64,000 nucleotides of DNA from Octopus sinensis (GCF_006345805.1 NC_043006.1:39246001-39310000), one strand, 5' to 3'. Counted from the stretch's first letter, positions 38,232-52,149 are shown. Numbers and translations: made by a program. Notes: generated from the sequence alone by a model not told the origin.

Positions 38232-38543
38232 TACAGTGAGAGAGAAATATAGAAAGATACATTGGGAGGAAATCAGGAAGACGCAATGTAACCACATTCT
38301 TAAATGTGCCAATAAATTCTTCAAGAAGACAATTTCCTGTTTCTGCACCCCTACCCACTGTCTTTCTCACTTCCCCCTCCCATACACACACACGGTGACA
38401 TGCATATGTACAAACGCACGCAGACACAAACGTACTCCATTGCCTTATCTGTCACTACATATACCTACATACATGCACACTCCCATATACATACAAGCAG
38501 ACAAGTAGATACTATATAGGCATAAACTTAGTTATGTACACAC

Positions 38544-38586
<43 letters not shown>

Positions 38587-38638
38587 ACATATATATATAC
38601 ACTGTGTGTAAATATGTATATTATATTACCACACACAT

Positions 38639-38681
<43 letters not shown>

Positions 38682-38813
38682 ATATGTATATATACACATA
38701 TATAAACACACGTATATATATATATATACACATATATACACACACATATATATATATATATACATAATATATAATAATATATATATATATATATATAGAT
38801 ATATATATATATA

Positions 38814-38844
<31 letters not shown>

Positions 38845-38884
38845 TATATATATACATATATCTTATATATATATATATACACAC

Positions 38885-38917
<33 letters not shown>

Positions 38918-38940
38918 ATATATATAATATATAATATATA
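37930..38940. repeat. Compound (TA)n/(GA)n/(CA)n tracts
   Basis: Direct inspection. Confidence 0.9.
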
Positions 38941-39190
38941 CAAGTACAAACATGTTCAATCACAAATACACGCACATTTCAAGGTCTGTGTATGGATGAT
39001 GTATGATATTTTGTCATTTATTCACAATCTTGTATGTGGATGAGTGTGTGTGTCAATGCGTGTGTGTGTAAGCGTGCATTTACTACATACGTGGCACATA
39101 CATACGGATACACATAAGTTTATACACATGCACACTACGTGTACATTCAAATTATACAGTCAAGTATCTTAAAGACAAACCTACATATAA

Positions 39191-39224
<34 letters not shown>

Positions 39225-40132
39225 GCATATACATACATATGTGCATTGTATATTGCATGTACATTCATATTATACATAGAAGACCCTTTATATATCATGA
39301 AGAAAAGCATACATAGATACATTCATAAATACGTACATACGAACGTTCGTAGATTCACACACTCATGTACACACACAGACAAACATACATACGTACATAT
39401 GTACATCATAAATACACAGTCGTACGTACATACAAATATATATTTGTACGTACACAAAAATACTCACACACACACATACACACACATAGAGTCATGCGCA
39501 CTTACGCAGTCACAAAAGCAGACGATAGCGCAGCCTAGTTACTGTCAAACGCATCTGTGACCTAAGTCATCCATTATTAGTGATTGAGTCACTGGTAGAT
39601 GAAAACCTGTAATAATCTCGCCATGTCAGCTTTATTCTGTAGTGACAGAGCTGTATCTTCTCATGAAAAGCATGTGCAGTGAAATTGCTAATAATTCTCA
39701 CCAATTTGACCAAATAAAATTCTCTTTAAAGTATTACAGTTTCCTCTTGTAATGAGCAGAGGTTGAAGAGATTTCGAGCGGGGATTCAGGTGGTGATGGC
39801 GACATACATTGGCGGCCGTTTTGGCGGTTGAAAAGTAGAGATGTTGCCATTATATGTTGGTTTGAGAATAAGAGGAGAGAGCGGGGGTGTGGGGTAGATA
39901 GAGAGTGGAGAGAGAGAGGGGGAAGATAGAGAGAGGCACGAGGGAAATAAAGAGGTGGAAAGGAGACAGCGAGGGATAGACGGGGGAGAGAGGTGTGGAA
40001 AAGTCTGTGGAGAAAATAGGTAGAGAGAGAGAAAGAGATTGTAATTCAAAGAAAATAGAAAGCAGAAGAGATATACACGTACGTGCGCGCGCGCACACAC
40101 ACACACAGACATAGACACACACAGACACACAG

Positions 40133-40168
<36 letters not shown>

Positions 40169-40304
40169 TAGACACACACAACACACACACATGCATACAT
40201 ACGTAAATACATAATATATTTGCCTTTATATCTAATTATTTACTATCTATCTATCTACTGTCTGTCTATCTATCTATCTCTCTATCTCTCTCTCTATACA
40301 CACA

Positions 40305-40392
<88 letters not shown>

Positions 40393-40918
40393 GTTGAGGC
40401 GTGTTCTATTAAGAACGTATAAGAGTACAAATGTTCACCCTTAGAATTCCCAAATAGCCGGTAGTATTCTTATGGTATGCTACCAATTCTAATCTTCGTG
40501 CGTAAAAATAAAAAAAGTAAAGAGTAAAAGAATCAAAAGGTAGGGTAAGCACGGTTAGGGGCAGCTTTTTAATGAGCACTACAAATATTTCGATACAAGC
40601 GAAACTAAATAAAGGACGTGCACATTGCCGATCATGTCGAACGTGTAATAATAACACATTCATAGGGAGCGGATTGAAACCGGCAGCGTTTATTAGTTTC
40701 AAACGTGCCATGGATGTAATAACATTGTAGTCAAGATTTACTTGCGGAAACAGCGATTAAATATCGCCTGAGGAGATACGTATGGATCTTATTATACAGG
40801 TAAATTGTTACCTAATTTAATTTAATTTTAATCCTGTATATATACGTAGATCTATATGTATCGAAACATTTGTGGTGACCAAAAAGCTGCCTAGCCATAC
40901 TTACTCTTCGTTTTGACC

Positions 40919-40934
40919 TTTTATACTCTATACT

Positions 40935-40996
<62 letters not shown>

Positions 40997-41032
40997 CTAT
41001 TTATCTATCTCTCTATATATCCATCTATCCAT

Positions 41033-41129
<97 letters not shown>

Positions 41130-41140
41130 AATCTATCTCA
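40919..41140. repeat. (TCTA)n microsatellite
   Basis: Direct inspection. Confidence 0.95.
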
Positions 41141-41476
41141 GGGACGCGCCGCCTGGGTAGGGAAGTTGGGCAGTACCTATCCTGAATAAAATACATCTGT
41201 GGCAGCATTTTCCTTTTATCGCAAAATATGCACCAAATTCAATAAAATTATGAAGGTTACTCTGATTATTAGGCATAAAATCCAAAATATTTTATTTTTT
41301 CTAGATTAGATAAGCATAATTCGCCCCAGCCTTTCAATCTCAGTATTAAAACTACGCATAGGACCGCTGTAGTACACGCGCTGCATAACTCCTACAATAC
41401 CCGTTCTCTGTACATGCTTTAAAGGCAGAAGTAAATCTGCCTTCAACTCAGTCGCACGCCTGTGTTTCGCTTATTT

Positions 41477-41560
<84 letters not shown>

Positions 41561-41651
41561 TTATAATAATATTAGGGAGTATGGCTCCAAACTTACAGGG
41601 AAAGATTAGATTTAGGATTAAATCAAATTTCACAGTATAAATATATAAAAT

Positions 41652-41852
41652 ATGAATTAGAGATAAAACCACTATTAGGCAACTAAAACAGTGATAGACA
41701 TAAACCAATGCATAAATAACAAATAATATAAATATAGTTAATATAATAATAATTATATGTATATAAAATTTAAAATTTAAATTTTCATATATCTTTTTAA
41801 ATTAAAAAAAAAATTTATGTGTTGCCTAATAGTGGTTTTATCTCTAATTCAT
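41652..41852. repeat. Short inverted repeat (32-bp arms) at the edge of a large TA tract
   Basis: atgaattagagataaaaccactattaggcaac (41652-41683) / gttgcctaatagtggttttatctctaattcat (41821-41852). Confidence 0.9.
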
Positions 41853-42682
<830 letters not shown>

Positions 42683-42948
42683 AAGAAACTAGTAAAAATC
42701 ATGATCATTACCTATAATTTCCAGTAGTCATTATAGGTACATTATTGATAGGTTTAATCAATTGGTCAAATTTAGTATATGGTATGTCTGTAGTCAATTA
42801 TATCGGCAAATGTACCACGAAAAATTGTTCCATCGAGCTCGAAGATATAAAATGCAATATGTACAATTAAAATTAACGGTCCGATATAAGTATCACAAAA
42901 TATTTCAGCTTCTATGTTGCCTTTGGCATCTTCCCACGCTGACATGAT

Positions 42949-43014
<66 letters not shown>

Positions 43015-43228
43015 CTAATGTAGGATAACATTTTTTTCGGGAAAAAAATTTTTATCAATGGCCAGCATATCAAAAAATACCTTTAAAGGTTAAATTTATA
43101 AATAATTTACAAGATAAGGGCAGAAGAAAAATTCTAATGCCAAATATGCCGAAACAAAAAATTGTCGATAAGCATTATAATTTATGCATCTCGAAACAAA
43201 CCGATAGAAATCTCTAAAAAATTCGTTA

Positions 43229-43290
43229 TTACCGTATTGGTCCAATTTCGGGGTTAATTCATAAGAAAATTTTCCCCTCTTCAGCGGCAA
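43229..43290 (-). ncRNA. Type I hammerhead ribozyme, intact consensus core
   Basis: Minus-strand ttgccg-CTGAAGA-gggg-(20 nt)-cccc-GAAA-ttggaccaa-T-A-cggtaa. Stem I 6 bp, stem II 4 bp, stem III attg/caat; all core positions are canonical. Predicted cleavage between 43235 and 43234. Confidence 0.75.
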
Positions 43291-43619
43291 ATACGCGAGA
43301 TATAAGTGAAATACTTACTCATACCCATGGAAAAAGCAAGCACTAAGTCCTAAGCAGACTTAAGTACCCCAAATATATCCAAAATAGAAAAATCTTCGGC
43401 ACATTTTGAGACACGTGTGATTCGAACTGGAAACTTTCACAGAGTGATAGAATCCGGAAGTAAACACTATTCAAATGTATATACATATATATGTAAGTAT
43501 ATACACATATATATGTATATATACATATATTTATATATAATTTATATTATTTGTTATACCAATAGAATTGTGCTTTACCGAAGCCAGGTCCTATTTCATG
43601 GAAACAGCCATTAATTTGT

Positions 43620-44250
43620 CGCCCATGAAAGTTGGCCTCGGCGGTATTTGAACTGAAAGCGTAGAGGACCAGAAGAAATTAGCTAAGCATTTTTTTTCCG
43701 ATGCACTAACGACTCTGCCAATCTAGCATCATAACAACAACAATACAACCACCACCACCACCAACAACAAAAACTAAAACAACAGCAATAATCCTTTCTG
43801 TTATAGGCACAAGGCCTGAAATTTTGTGGAGTGGCAGACTAATCGATTACATCAACCCCAGTACTGAACTGGTACTTATTTTATCGACCTCGAAATTACG
43901 AAAGGCAAAGTCGATCTCGGTGGAATTCGACTGAAGAACGCAAAACCGGACGAAATGCCGCTAAGCATGTTCCTGGCATGTTAACGATTCTGGCAGGTTG
44001 TCAGCTTTCTCCAAAGAATAATATTGATTTTAAATTTTAGAAAATCTTGGCGAAGGCTATCAATTTTGAGGTAGGTAGAGGTAAGTCGATGTAATCGACC
44101 CCATTATCTAACTGGTACTTATTGTATTGATTCCGAAAGGATGACAGATAAAGTCGACCTCGGTGGCATTTGAACTCAGAACGTAAAGACAGACGAAATG
44201 CCGTTAAGCATTTTGAATGGCGCGGTAACGATTCTGTCAGCTCATCGCTT
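43620..44250 (-). mobile_element. Cluster of three SINE family A copies
   Basis: Reverse-complement cores at about 43620-43720, 43790-44000 and 44040-44250 (aaagtcgacctcggtggcatttgaactcagaacgtaaagac). Confidence 0.75.
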
Positions 44251-44399
44251 CCTCGAAAAAAAAAAAAAAATACTGAACGGAATAAAACACCTCAGAACCA
44301 GAAAAATAACCTAAGAAAGAAAGAAAAAAAAAAAACACTTCAGCTCAAAGATAAATGAACAACCAAGCATAGAATTCAGAAATAAGAGAGTTAACAAGA

Positions 44400-44770
44400 A
44401 AATCTAGAATGGATTTCGAACGGAACAAATGAATCAACGAAGGATAAATTGCAAGAGATAAACGCAGATAAAGATAACCGTTAACAGGAATACAAACTGT
44501 CAATACACAAAATGGTAAAGTTACATAAAAAGCTTTAAATTGAAGACAAAGTAGGTCTTAAAATCACAAAAGGAACATTAATTCAACTGGTGAACTTTAA
44601 AGCGTAGAATACAGAAATTTGAGAAACCAATCAAACAACTCGAGTGAAATAAAATATTTTCAGACAATAGGAAAAAGACTTTACCGAGAATTAAATGACA
44701 GAACAATAGAAATAAAGAAGCTATCGAGTAAAGAGAAACAGAAATATTTTGATGGAAGATAAAGGATATA
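44400..44770 (+). mobile_element. Highly degenerate R4/Dong-like ORF fragment (pre-RT)
   Basis: KRRIQKFEKPIKQLE.NKIF.TIGKRLYRELNDRTIEIKKLSSKEKQK resembles the RQNxxFxxxxKxFYREL region of R4/Dong ORFs. Confidence 0.5.
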
Positions 44771-44817
44771 AAACAATAAATGAATTAACAATAGGAACAA
44801 AAGTACGACGCTGTCGT

Positions 44818-44992
44818 AGGCACTAGCGTGGCTGAGCGGTAAGGAGTTTGCTTCTCAAACACATGGTTACGGGGTTCAGTCCCACTGTAAGGCACCTTGG
44901 GCCATACAATGTGTCTTCTACTACAGCCTCTAGTCGACCAAAGCCTTGTGAGTGAATTTAGTTGTCAGAAACTGAAAAAGAGCACGTCGTAT
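44818..44992 (+). mobile_element. SINE family B, 5' half
   Basis: gtggctgagcggtaagg...ggggttcagtcccactg.aaggcaccttgggc...aagccttgtgagtgaattt. Confidence 0.75.
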
Positions 44993-45756
44993 ATATATGT
45001 ATATATGTATGTATATATATGTATATATATGTATATATATATATATATATGGGTGTGAGTGATTGTGTATAGAAGAATATATTAATAAAAAGAATTCCAA
45101 CCTTGTCTGATTTTCCCGTTTTATTTACAATCTTATAATGATATATTATAAGATAATATATTATAATTGAATAAAATAAAATGAAATAGTAGAATGTTAA
45201 ATGTTCATTCTGATTGAACTAGTACTTTCATGCATTGAATTCTGCAATCTTCGGGTTCATGTAATAGTGTTGACAGTCATGCTTCACAATTTTTGACTGT
45301 AGCAAGATGATTGATTCTGTGCTATAAATACAGCTGGGTAGGCTCCAGAGTGCTAGGTTTTGCAAACTGTATTCTGACCAATCAGTGTGTAGTATCACTC
45401 AATTACTTAAGCTGATTGGTTGGTTGAGCTGATTGGTTTAGGCATCACGCTTTGTTGGACATGTCAAGAGTCCTGTATCTTGACCCTGGCCGAAGCAGCA
45501 ATTGTTGGGTTATTTTTAGAAATGTTGTAAATATCCTTTGTCAGAGATTTTTATATTTTTATATTTCAATTATCATCATCATCATTGTCAGCACCTTAAT
45601 TATTGTTGCTAGTGGTGATGGTGGTGGCAATAGAACTTTTAACCCTAATAAGATAATTTTCCTGCTATCTTCATCTTGATCACCTTTAGTATTGTTGTTG
45701 TTGTTAGTGGTCATGGTCGTAGCAGTGGAAGTAATACCTCTAAGTATTATTATTAT

Positions 45757-46948
45757 TGCTTATTTAGCTTGGGTTCGAATTTATCAATAAATTCTTTTCT
45801 CTGATTCTCCTCTCGATTTCACTTGGGCTGTGTAATTTGTAGAACGGAAATTATATATACATTTTCCGGCCACATGTTGCTAGGTGGTTACTCAAAGGTA
45901 TCTGACGGACCTCTGGGTCTCTAATCTGTTGCCGGTGTACACGTGAGCGTTCTAATAGTGCGTTTCCCGTCTGACCTACATATATTTCTTCACAATTTGG
46001 GCATTTGATGCAGTAAATTAAATTTCTGCTTTTGCAGTTCATATTCGCGTTTGTGAATATTTTCCCGGTTTTTGTGTTTATATATTGACCGGTATGTATG
46101 AATTGGCATGTGCCACATCGGCTATCATTGCATTTAGATACCGTGAATGTTTGGTCTTTGTTGCTGAGGTCAAATTTTGCCTTTGTTAGTAATGTTTTCA
46201 AGTTTTTAGGCTTTCTTTTACTAAGCACCATGGCTCGATCCGTGATAATGTCTTTTAATTCATTACTTTGGGCGATGATTGGTAGGTTTGCTTTGGCAAT
46301 GTTGAAGATATTCTGGTGACATGGGTTGTGTGTCACTATGAATGGTATGACTTGTTCTTGTTTCCCTCTTCCTTGGGTTGTCCTAAGTTGTTGTATGGGT
46401 ATTTTTATAGCCCGCTGTATGCCATTTTCTATAAGTAGAGATGGGTATTTTTGTTTGAGCAAAAATTCTCTTAGTTCTATTAGGCGTTTGTTCCTGATAT
46501 TTGCATCTTCTACAATGGTACAAATTCTTCTGGCTAGGCAGTATGGGATGTTACGTTTTGTATGTGGTGGATGGCACGACTTAAAATTTAGGTATTGATG
46601 TGTGTCTGTGTGTTTATAGTATATATCTGTGGTGATGGTGGTGTCTTTTTTAATTACCATTATATCCAGGAATGGTAATTTGGTACTACTCATCTCCTTT
46701 GTAAATTGGAGAGATGGGTGTAGGTTGTTCAGGAGGATATTGAACTCTTCCAGAGTATTTAGAAATTCTGTCCAGATTATGAAGCAATCGTCTAGGTATC
46801 TCTTCCATGCCTTTTCATATATATTTCTAAATCCAGTGCCATAGTTTACCTCCACCTCTTGGTAGAGTTGTTGTTCTAATATCCCATTACAGAGTTGGCA
46901 TAAACGGGAGCAAACCTCGTTCCCATCGCCGTGCCTCTAATTTGTATA
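45757..46948 (-). mobile_element. Penelope-like retroelement fragment: RT C-terminal half + GIY-YIG endonuclease (Neptune-type likely)
   Basis: QIRGTAMGTRFAP, YLDDCF, KLPFLDI, IYYKHTDTHQYL, a Cys linker CNDSRCGTC, then LIYCIKCPNCEEIYVGQTGNALLERSRVH...HL and a frameshifted end EFIDKFEPKLN. 5'-truncated at (TA)n. Confidence 0.9.
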
Positions 46949-46987
46949 TATATATAATATATATATATATAATATATATATATATAT

Positions 46988-47315
46988 TATTAGGCGTTTG
47001 TTCCTGATATTTGCATCTTCTACAATGGTACAAATTCTTCTGGCTAGGCAGTATGGGATGTATGTTACGTTTTGTATGTGGTGGATGGCACGACTTAAAA
47101 TTTAGGTATTGATGTGTGTCTGTGTGTTTATAGTATATATCTGTGGTGATGGTGTGGTGTCTTTTTTAATTACCATTATATCCAGGAATGGTAATTTGGT
47201 ACTACTCATCTCCTTTGTAAATTGGAGAGATGGGTGTAGGTTGTTCAGGAGGATATTGAACTCTTCCAGAGTATTTAGAAATTCTGTCCAGATTATGAAG
47301 CAATCGTCTAGGTAT
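46988..47315 (-). repeat. Direct partial copy of the PLE (46478-46799)
   Basis: Near-identical apart from small insertions; bounded by TA tracts. Confidence 0.92.
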
Positions 47316-47324
47316 ATATATATT

Positions 47325-47364
<40 letters not shown>

Positions 47365-47370
<6 letters not shown>

Positions 47371-47636
47371 AATTAGAGGCACGGCGATGGGAACGAGGTT
47401 TGCTCCCGTTTACGACAACTCTGTAATGGGATACTTAGAACAACAACTCTACCAAGAGGTGGAGGTAAACTATGGCACTGGATTTAGAAAATATATTGAA
47501 AAGGCATGGAAGAGATACCTAGACGATTGCTTCATAATCTGGACAGAATTTCTAAATACTCTGGAAGAGTTCAATATCCTCCTGAACAACCTACACCCAT
47601 CTCTCCAATTTACAAAGGAGATGAGTAGTACCAAAT
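47365..47636 (+). repeat. Inverted partial copy of the PLE (46678-46948)
   Basis: Reads QIRGTAMGTRFAPVYDNSVMGYLEQQ...YLDDCF in frame on the plus strand; begins in (TA)n. Confidence 0.92.
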
Positions 47637-47778
47637 ATACTTGAAATATTGGGGTAGTACTATATATTTTGGTTATGTTAACTGGATTTGTAGGGTATGT
47701 TTTACCTTAAGGTCAGATATCATTTTGGGGGGCGACAGTGATTACTAATTTAGTATCTGTTTTCCATATATTGGGGAG

Positions 47779-47891
<113 letters not shown>

Positions 47892-47925
47892 GTAAATGTT
47901 TATTATATATATATGTATATATATA

Positions 47926-48540
47926 ACAGGTCATTAAGAATGAAATGACCGATTTTGAACTGAAAGTGTATTTTACTTTATGTCAACAAAAACCAAGGCA
48001 GTTAATCAAAGCATGCACCTAAATTGTCCACACAGTTTTGCCATTTTATCGATAGCTTATTTATGCCGGCAGCGAAGAATTTTGGCGAGCAAGTGGTGAT
48101 AAAATTACGAAAGGCTGTTTTTGCATCTTCTTCAGATTTGAAGTTTTTTCCTTGCAAAAATTTTGTCTAATGTCTAGAAAACATGATAGTCAGCTGGCGC
48201 AAGGTCTGGTAAATATGATGGATGACAGAGTACTTTCAGAGCCAGTTTCTGTAATTTGAATTGCAGTCTCTGTGTATCATGTGGTCGAGCATTGTCTTGA
48301 AAGAGAATTAGCGTGTCTCTATTGACCAATCTCGGTTGATCACTCATTTCATCCACTTGGTTAATATATACATCCGCTGTAGTTGACTAACCAGGTCTCA
48401 TGAAGCTGTAGTAGATGACACCACGCTGGACTGCCAAACAGACAACATTAACATTTTTTGGTGAATATTCTTTTTTGGAGTGCGCACTTCGTCTCTATAT
48501 TTCCACTGTGCAGAACGCTTGCTATTCTAGCTGCATAGAA
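47926..48540 (-). mobile_element. Degenerate mariner transposase, 3' portion
   Basis: LILFQDNARPH...VLCHPSYLPDLAPADYHVF, the mariner catalytic-domain motifs DNARPH and YSPDLAP.D. Confidence 0.85.
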
Positions 48541-48964
48541 TCTGGTATAATCATGGCGGAGAAACTTTGGTAGGAATGGAAAGGGGCATGGTTCTTAGGT
48601 ATATAAGCGAACAAGGAATTACGAGCGATAAGAGCAAATATCCATTTTAAAACGTGGAAACTGGTTCTAGTGTACTAGTTTAGTTATTTTTATCGAATGG
48701 AGACGAGTGTTCATTGAAAACGAGGCGAACATGTTGCTATACTAAGTATAATTAAAAGGGTGAAGGAAAAATGGTTATACGATTGTAAACTCTGTTGCCA
48801 GGAATTGTGTCATAGTCTGTGCAAAGAAAATTTTGACGCCAAAAAAATAATTGTTTAAGCGAAGTGAGGTCTTTGCGTGTAATTTTAAACGACTAATTTG
48901 TTTCTTCTACGCTGTAATTGTTTTGAACACACCGTTTCTGATCAAATCTCCAGACAGGCAAGTA

Positions 48965-49290
48965 CGAAGGGGTGCTGAAAAGTTCCTGGCTGTAAGAGTA
49001 TCGCGAAAGACCCGTTTGGGGGGGGGGGGCCCAACCTTCCGAGTTTTTTTACAGGGCAGGGAAAAACTGAAAGACCTCTGCAACAGATGTGTGAATCTGA
49101 GAGGGGGAATATGTTAATACAGTTCTATATTTAAGAGATGAGGAATTATGCACATTATTTATATTTGACGGATATTTGTCCTCACCCTGTTTGTTATTAA
49201 CAAACAAGAATATGTTAAATAAAATCATAATTAGTTGATCCTCCTGTATTTTCTTCTACCCAAAGCCAGGAGCTTTTCAGCGCTTCCCTG
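48965..49290. mobile_element. mariner-derived MITE with an internal insertion
   Basis: TA-cgaaggggtgctgaaaagttcctggc ... gccaggagcttttcagcgcttccctg-TA; internal similarity (inverted) to 14838-15053. Confidence 0.7.
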
Positions 49291-49853
49291 TACATCTCTG
49301 AAGCAGTTTTGTTTTCACATAAAAATTTGAGGTAGGTGCAAAAAATACGCATGTTTTCTGCTGGTTTATGGTGGTCATCATCGTCGTCGTGATCGTGGTG
49401 GTTGTGTCGTTGTTGTTGTTGTTGTTGTCGTTGGTGGTGGTGGGAATGGTATGTTTAGGTTTGAAAATCGCTGCCGCAACTGATTTTGTTTGACTAAATG
49501 GCAATAACCTCACAATAACAGATAAAGGAGATTAAAAAGAACTGTAAACACACACACACACACACACAACACACACACACACACACACAAACCCCTGTTG
49601 ATTGGAATAATGAGTTCGAGAAATACGGATACAAGAATGGCTCTGGGAGTGCTAGAAGTTGTGAATCATAGTACAACATAGGAATCAAAGAATTAATTGT
49701 CTGGGAGACATTTGATACGTGAAGTCCAGAAAAAATCTACTCCAAGGAAATTCTTATTCTGCGAAGAAGACTAGAAAATAAAGAAAGGTTTGCAATCAAA
49801 TCTAATCTAATTTGGAACTCCGTCAGAATACATCATGTGTACTATTAACAGAG

Positions 49854-49856
<3 letters not shown>

Positions 49857-49932
<76 letters not shown>

Positions 49933-50000
49933 AATAATAATGATGATGATGATGATGATGGAATAATAATAATAATAATAATAACAACAACAATAATAAT
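49857..50000. repeat. (AAT)n/(GAT)n microsatellite
   Basis: Direct inspection. Confidence 0.95.
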
Positions 50001-50324
50001 GAAAACAATGATAATGGGACAAAGGAAAATAATAAGATGAAGATGAAAAAAATAAGAACAAAAGAAAAGAATAAATGAAGAAAAAAGAAAATGAATTAGA
50101 AAGAAGAAATCAAGATGAAAAGATGATGGAGGAAAGGGAAACGATGGAAGATGATGGCGAGGTGGAGGTTGAAGAAGAAGAAGAACTGAAAAAGGGGGTT
50201 CCGATATGGAACCCTAGAAATCAAGGGATCGCTCCCTAAATGAATCAAATGAAGCTGTGGTTTATTGATTGTAACTCGTTTGTTAGAGTGAAAGAACAAT
50301 GTGCTAACTGCATTGATTAGCGGT

Positions 50325-50326
50325 GG

Positions 50327-50401
<75 letters not shown>

Positions 50402-50518
50402 CAACGGTGATGGAGGTGGTGATGACGACACTGATTATCGTTCTTATCATCATGGCATGGAGAAATTATAGTGTTGGAGATGATAGAACGATGATGATAC
50501 TGATGCTGGTGGTGGTGG

Positions 50519-50557
<39 letters not shown>

Positions 50558-51369
50558 CGATGGCTATTGTGGTAGCAGTGAGGAGACAATGATGATGGTA
50601 GTTGCGGTGAAGATGTTGGCGAAATGATGGTGGTGAGGACGATGATGAGGAGGAGGAGGAGGGGAGGAGAAGGGCTATAATGAGCATGATGGTGATGATG
50701 AAGCCGATGAGGATGGTGAAGAGGAGGAACAGAAGGAGGAAGATGGTGAGGATAATGAGGATGATGTTGTTGATGATGAATAGGAGGGAGATAATGAGGT
50801 TGATGGTGATGAAGGTGATGAAGGGGAGCAGGAAGAGGAGCAAGAGGATGGTGATAATAACGAGGATGATAGTGATTGTAGTGATGACGATGATGATGAT
50901 GACGACGATGATGGTTTATAATATACCTCTCATCAAAAGTATCCGATTTGATGATGTTGATGATGATGGTAGTGGCGGCAAACTTGGCGGTGGTGGTGAG
51001 GATGCTGGCGAAATGATGATGGTGAGGATCATGACGATGAGGAGGAGGAGGGGGAGGAGAAATGACGATGGTGGTAGGTGAGAGTGATGATGCTGAGGAG
51101 GAGAAGGGATATAATGAGGATGATGTTGAAGATGATAATGATAATGATGGTGATGAGGAGGAGAGGGAGGAAGAGAAGGGATATAATGAGGATGATGGTG
51201 ATGATTACAATGATGATGATGACAACGATGATAAAGATGTCGATGATGACCACGTCGACGACGACGACGACCATGACCACCACGATGATGATGATGATGA
51301 GATGATGATGATGATGACAACGATGATAAAGATGTCGATGATGACCACGTCGACGACCATGACCACCAC

Positions 51370-51402
<33 letters not shown>

Positions 51403-51405
51403 AGT
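50325..51405. repeat. GAT/GGT/GAG trinucleotide mosaic
   Basis: Direct inspection; all frames give homopolymer-rich translations. Confidence 0.85.
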
Positions 51406-51766
51406 TATAATGATATCAACGGTGTGGAGATGCTAATAAGGATAAAAATCAATGCGGTGGAGGAGGCTGGTAATTGAACTATTTTACACGACAACAGCTT
51501 TTATATTTTTGCTGTTGTTGTTGTTGTTGTTGTTTTGTGTAACCTCACTCTGGTGTCCCCAATCAATTAATTAAGAAATCCTGCTTTCCGACATTGTACG
51601 GAGCTAATTGGCATCAAACAGAAGTTTCTAAAACTTCGGTCAATATCGTAGCATCATTGTTGCTGTTGACTGAATTGGGCAGGCAAGTCACATTTCACAC
51701 ACAGCCATTATACATACATACATACATACATACATACATACATACATACATACATACATACATACA

Positions 51767-51802
<36 letters not shown>

Positions 51803-51812
51803 TACACACATG

Positions 51813-51846
<34 letters not shown>

Positions 51847-51900
51847 TATCATTTCTGCAAAGGTGACTCTCAGTATCTGTGTATGTGTTTGTGTGTGTGT

Positions 51901-51960
<60 letters not shown>

Positions 51961-52118
51961 AGACCAGACGGACAGACGGACAGGCAGACAGTGAGTAACA
52001 AGGAGAGAAAAAATAGGGAGAAAGGTAGCATACGGTCATGGAATTCTAGAACTAAATAAATACGTATGCACACACACACACAACACACACACACACATTC
52101 GCACACACACACACACAC

Positions 52119-52149
<31 letters not shown>

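Noticed and set aside
40765-40800. CTGAGGA-gat...atc hammerhead start
   Set aside because: No GAAA or stem III follows.
50317-50592. Poly-His / poly-Met ORFs
   Set aside because: A pure (GAT)n tract read on opposite strands; no coding context or splice signals recognised.
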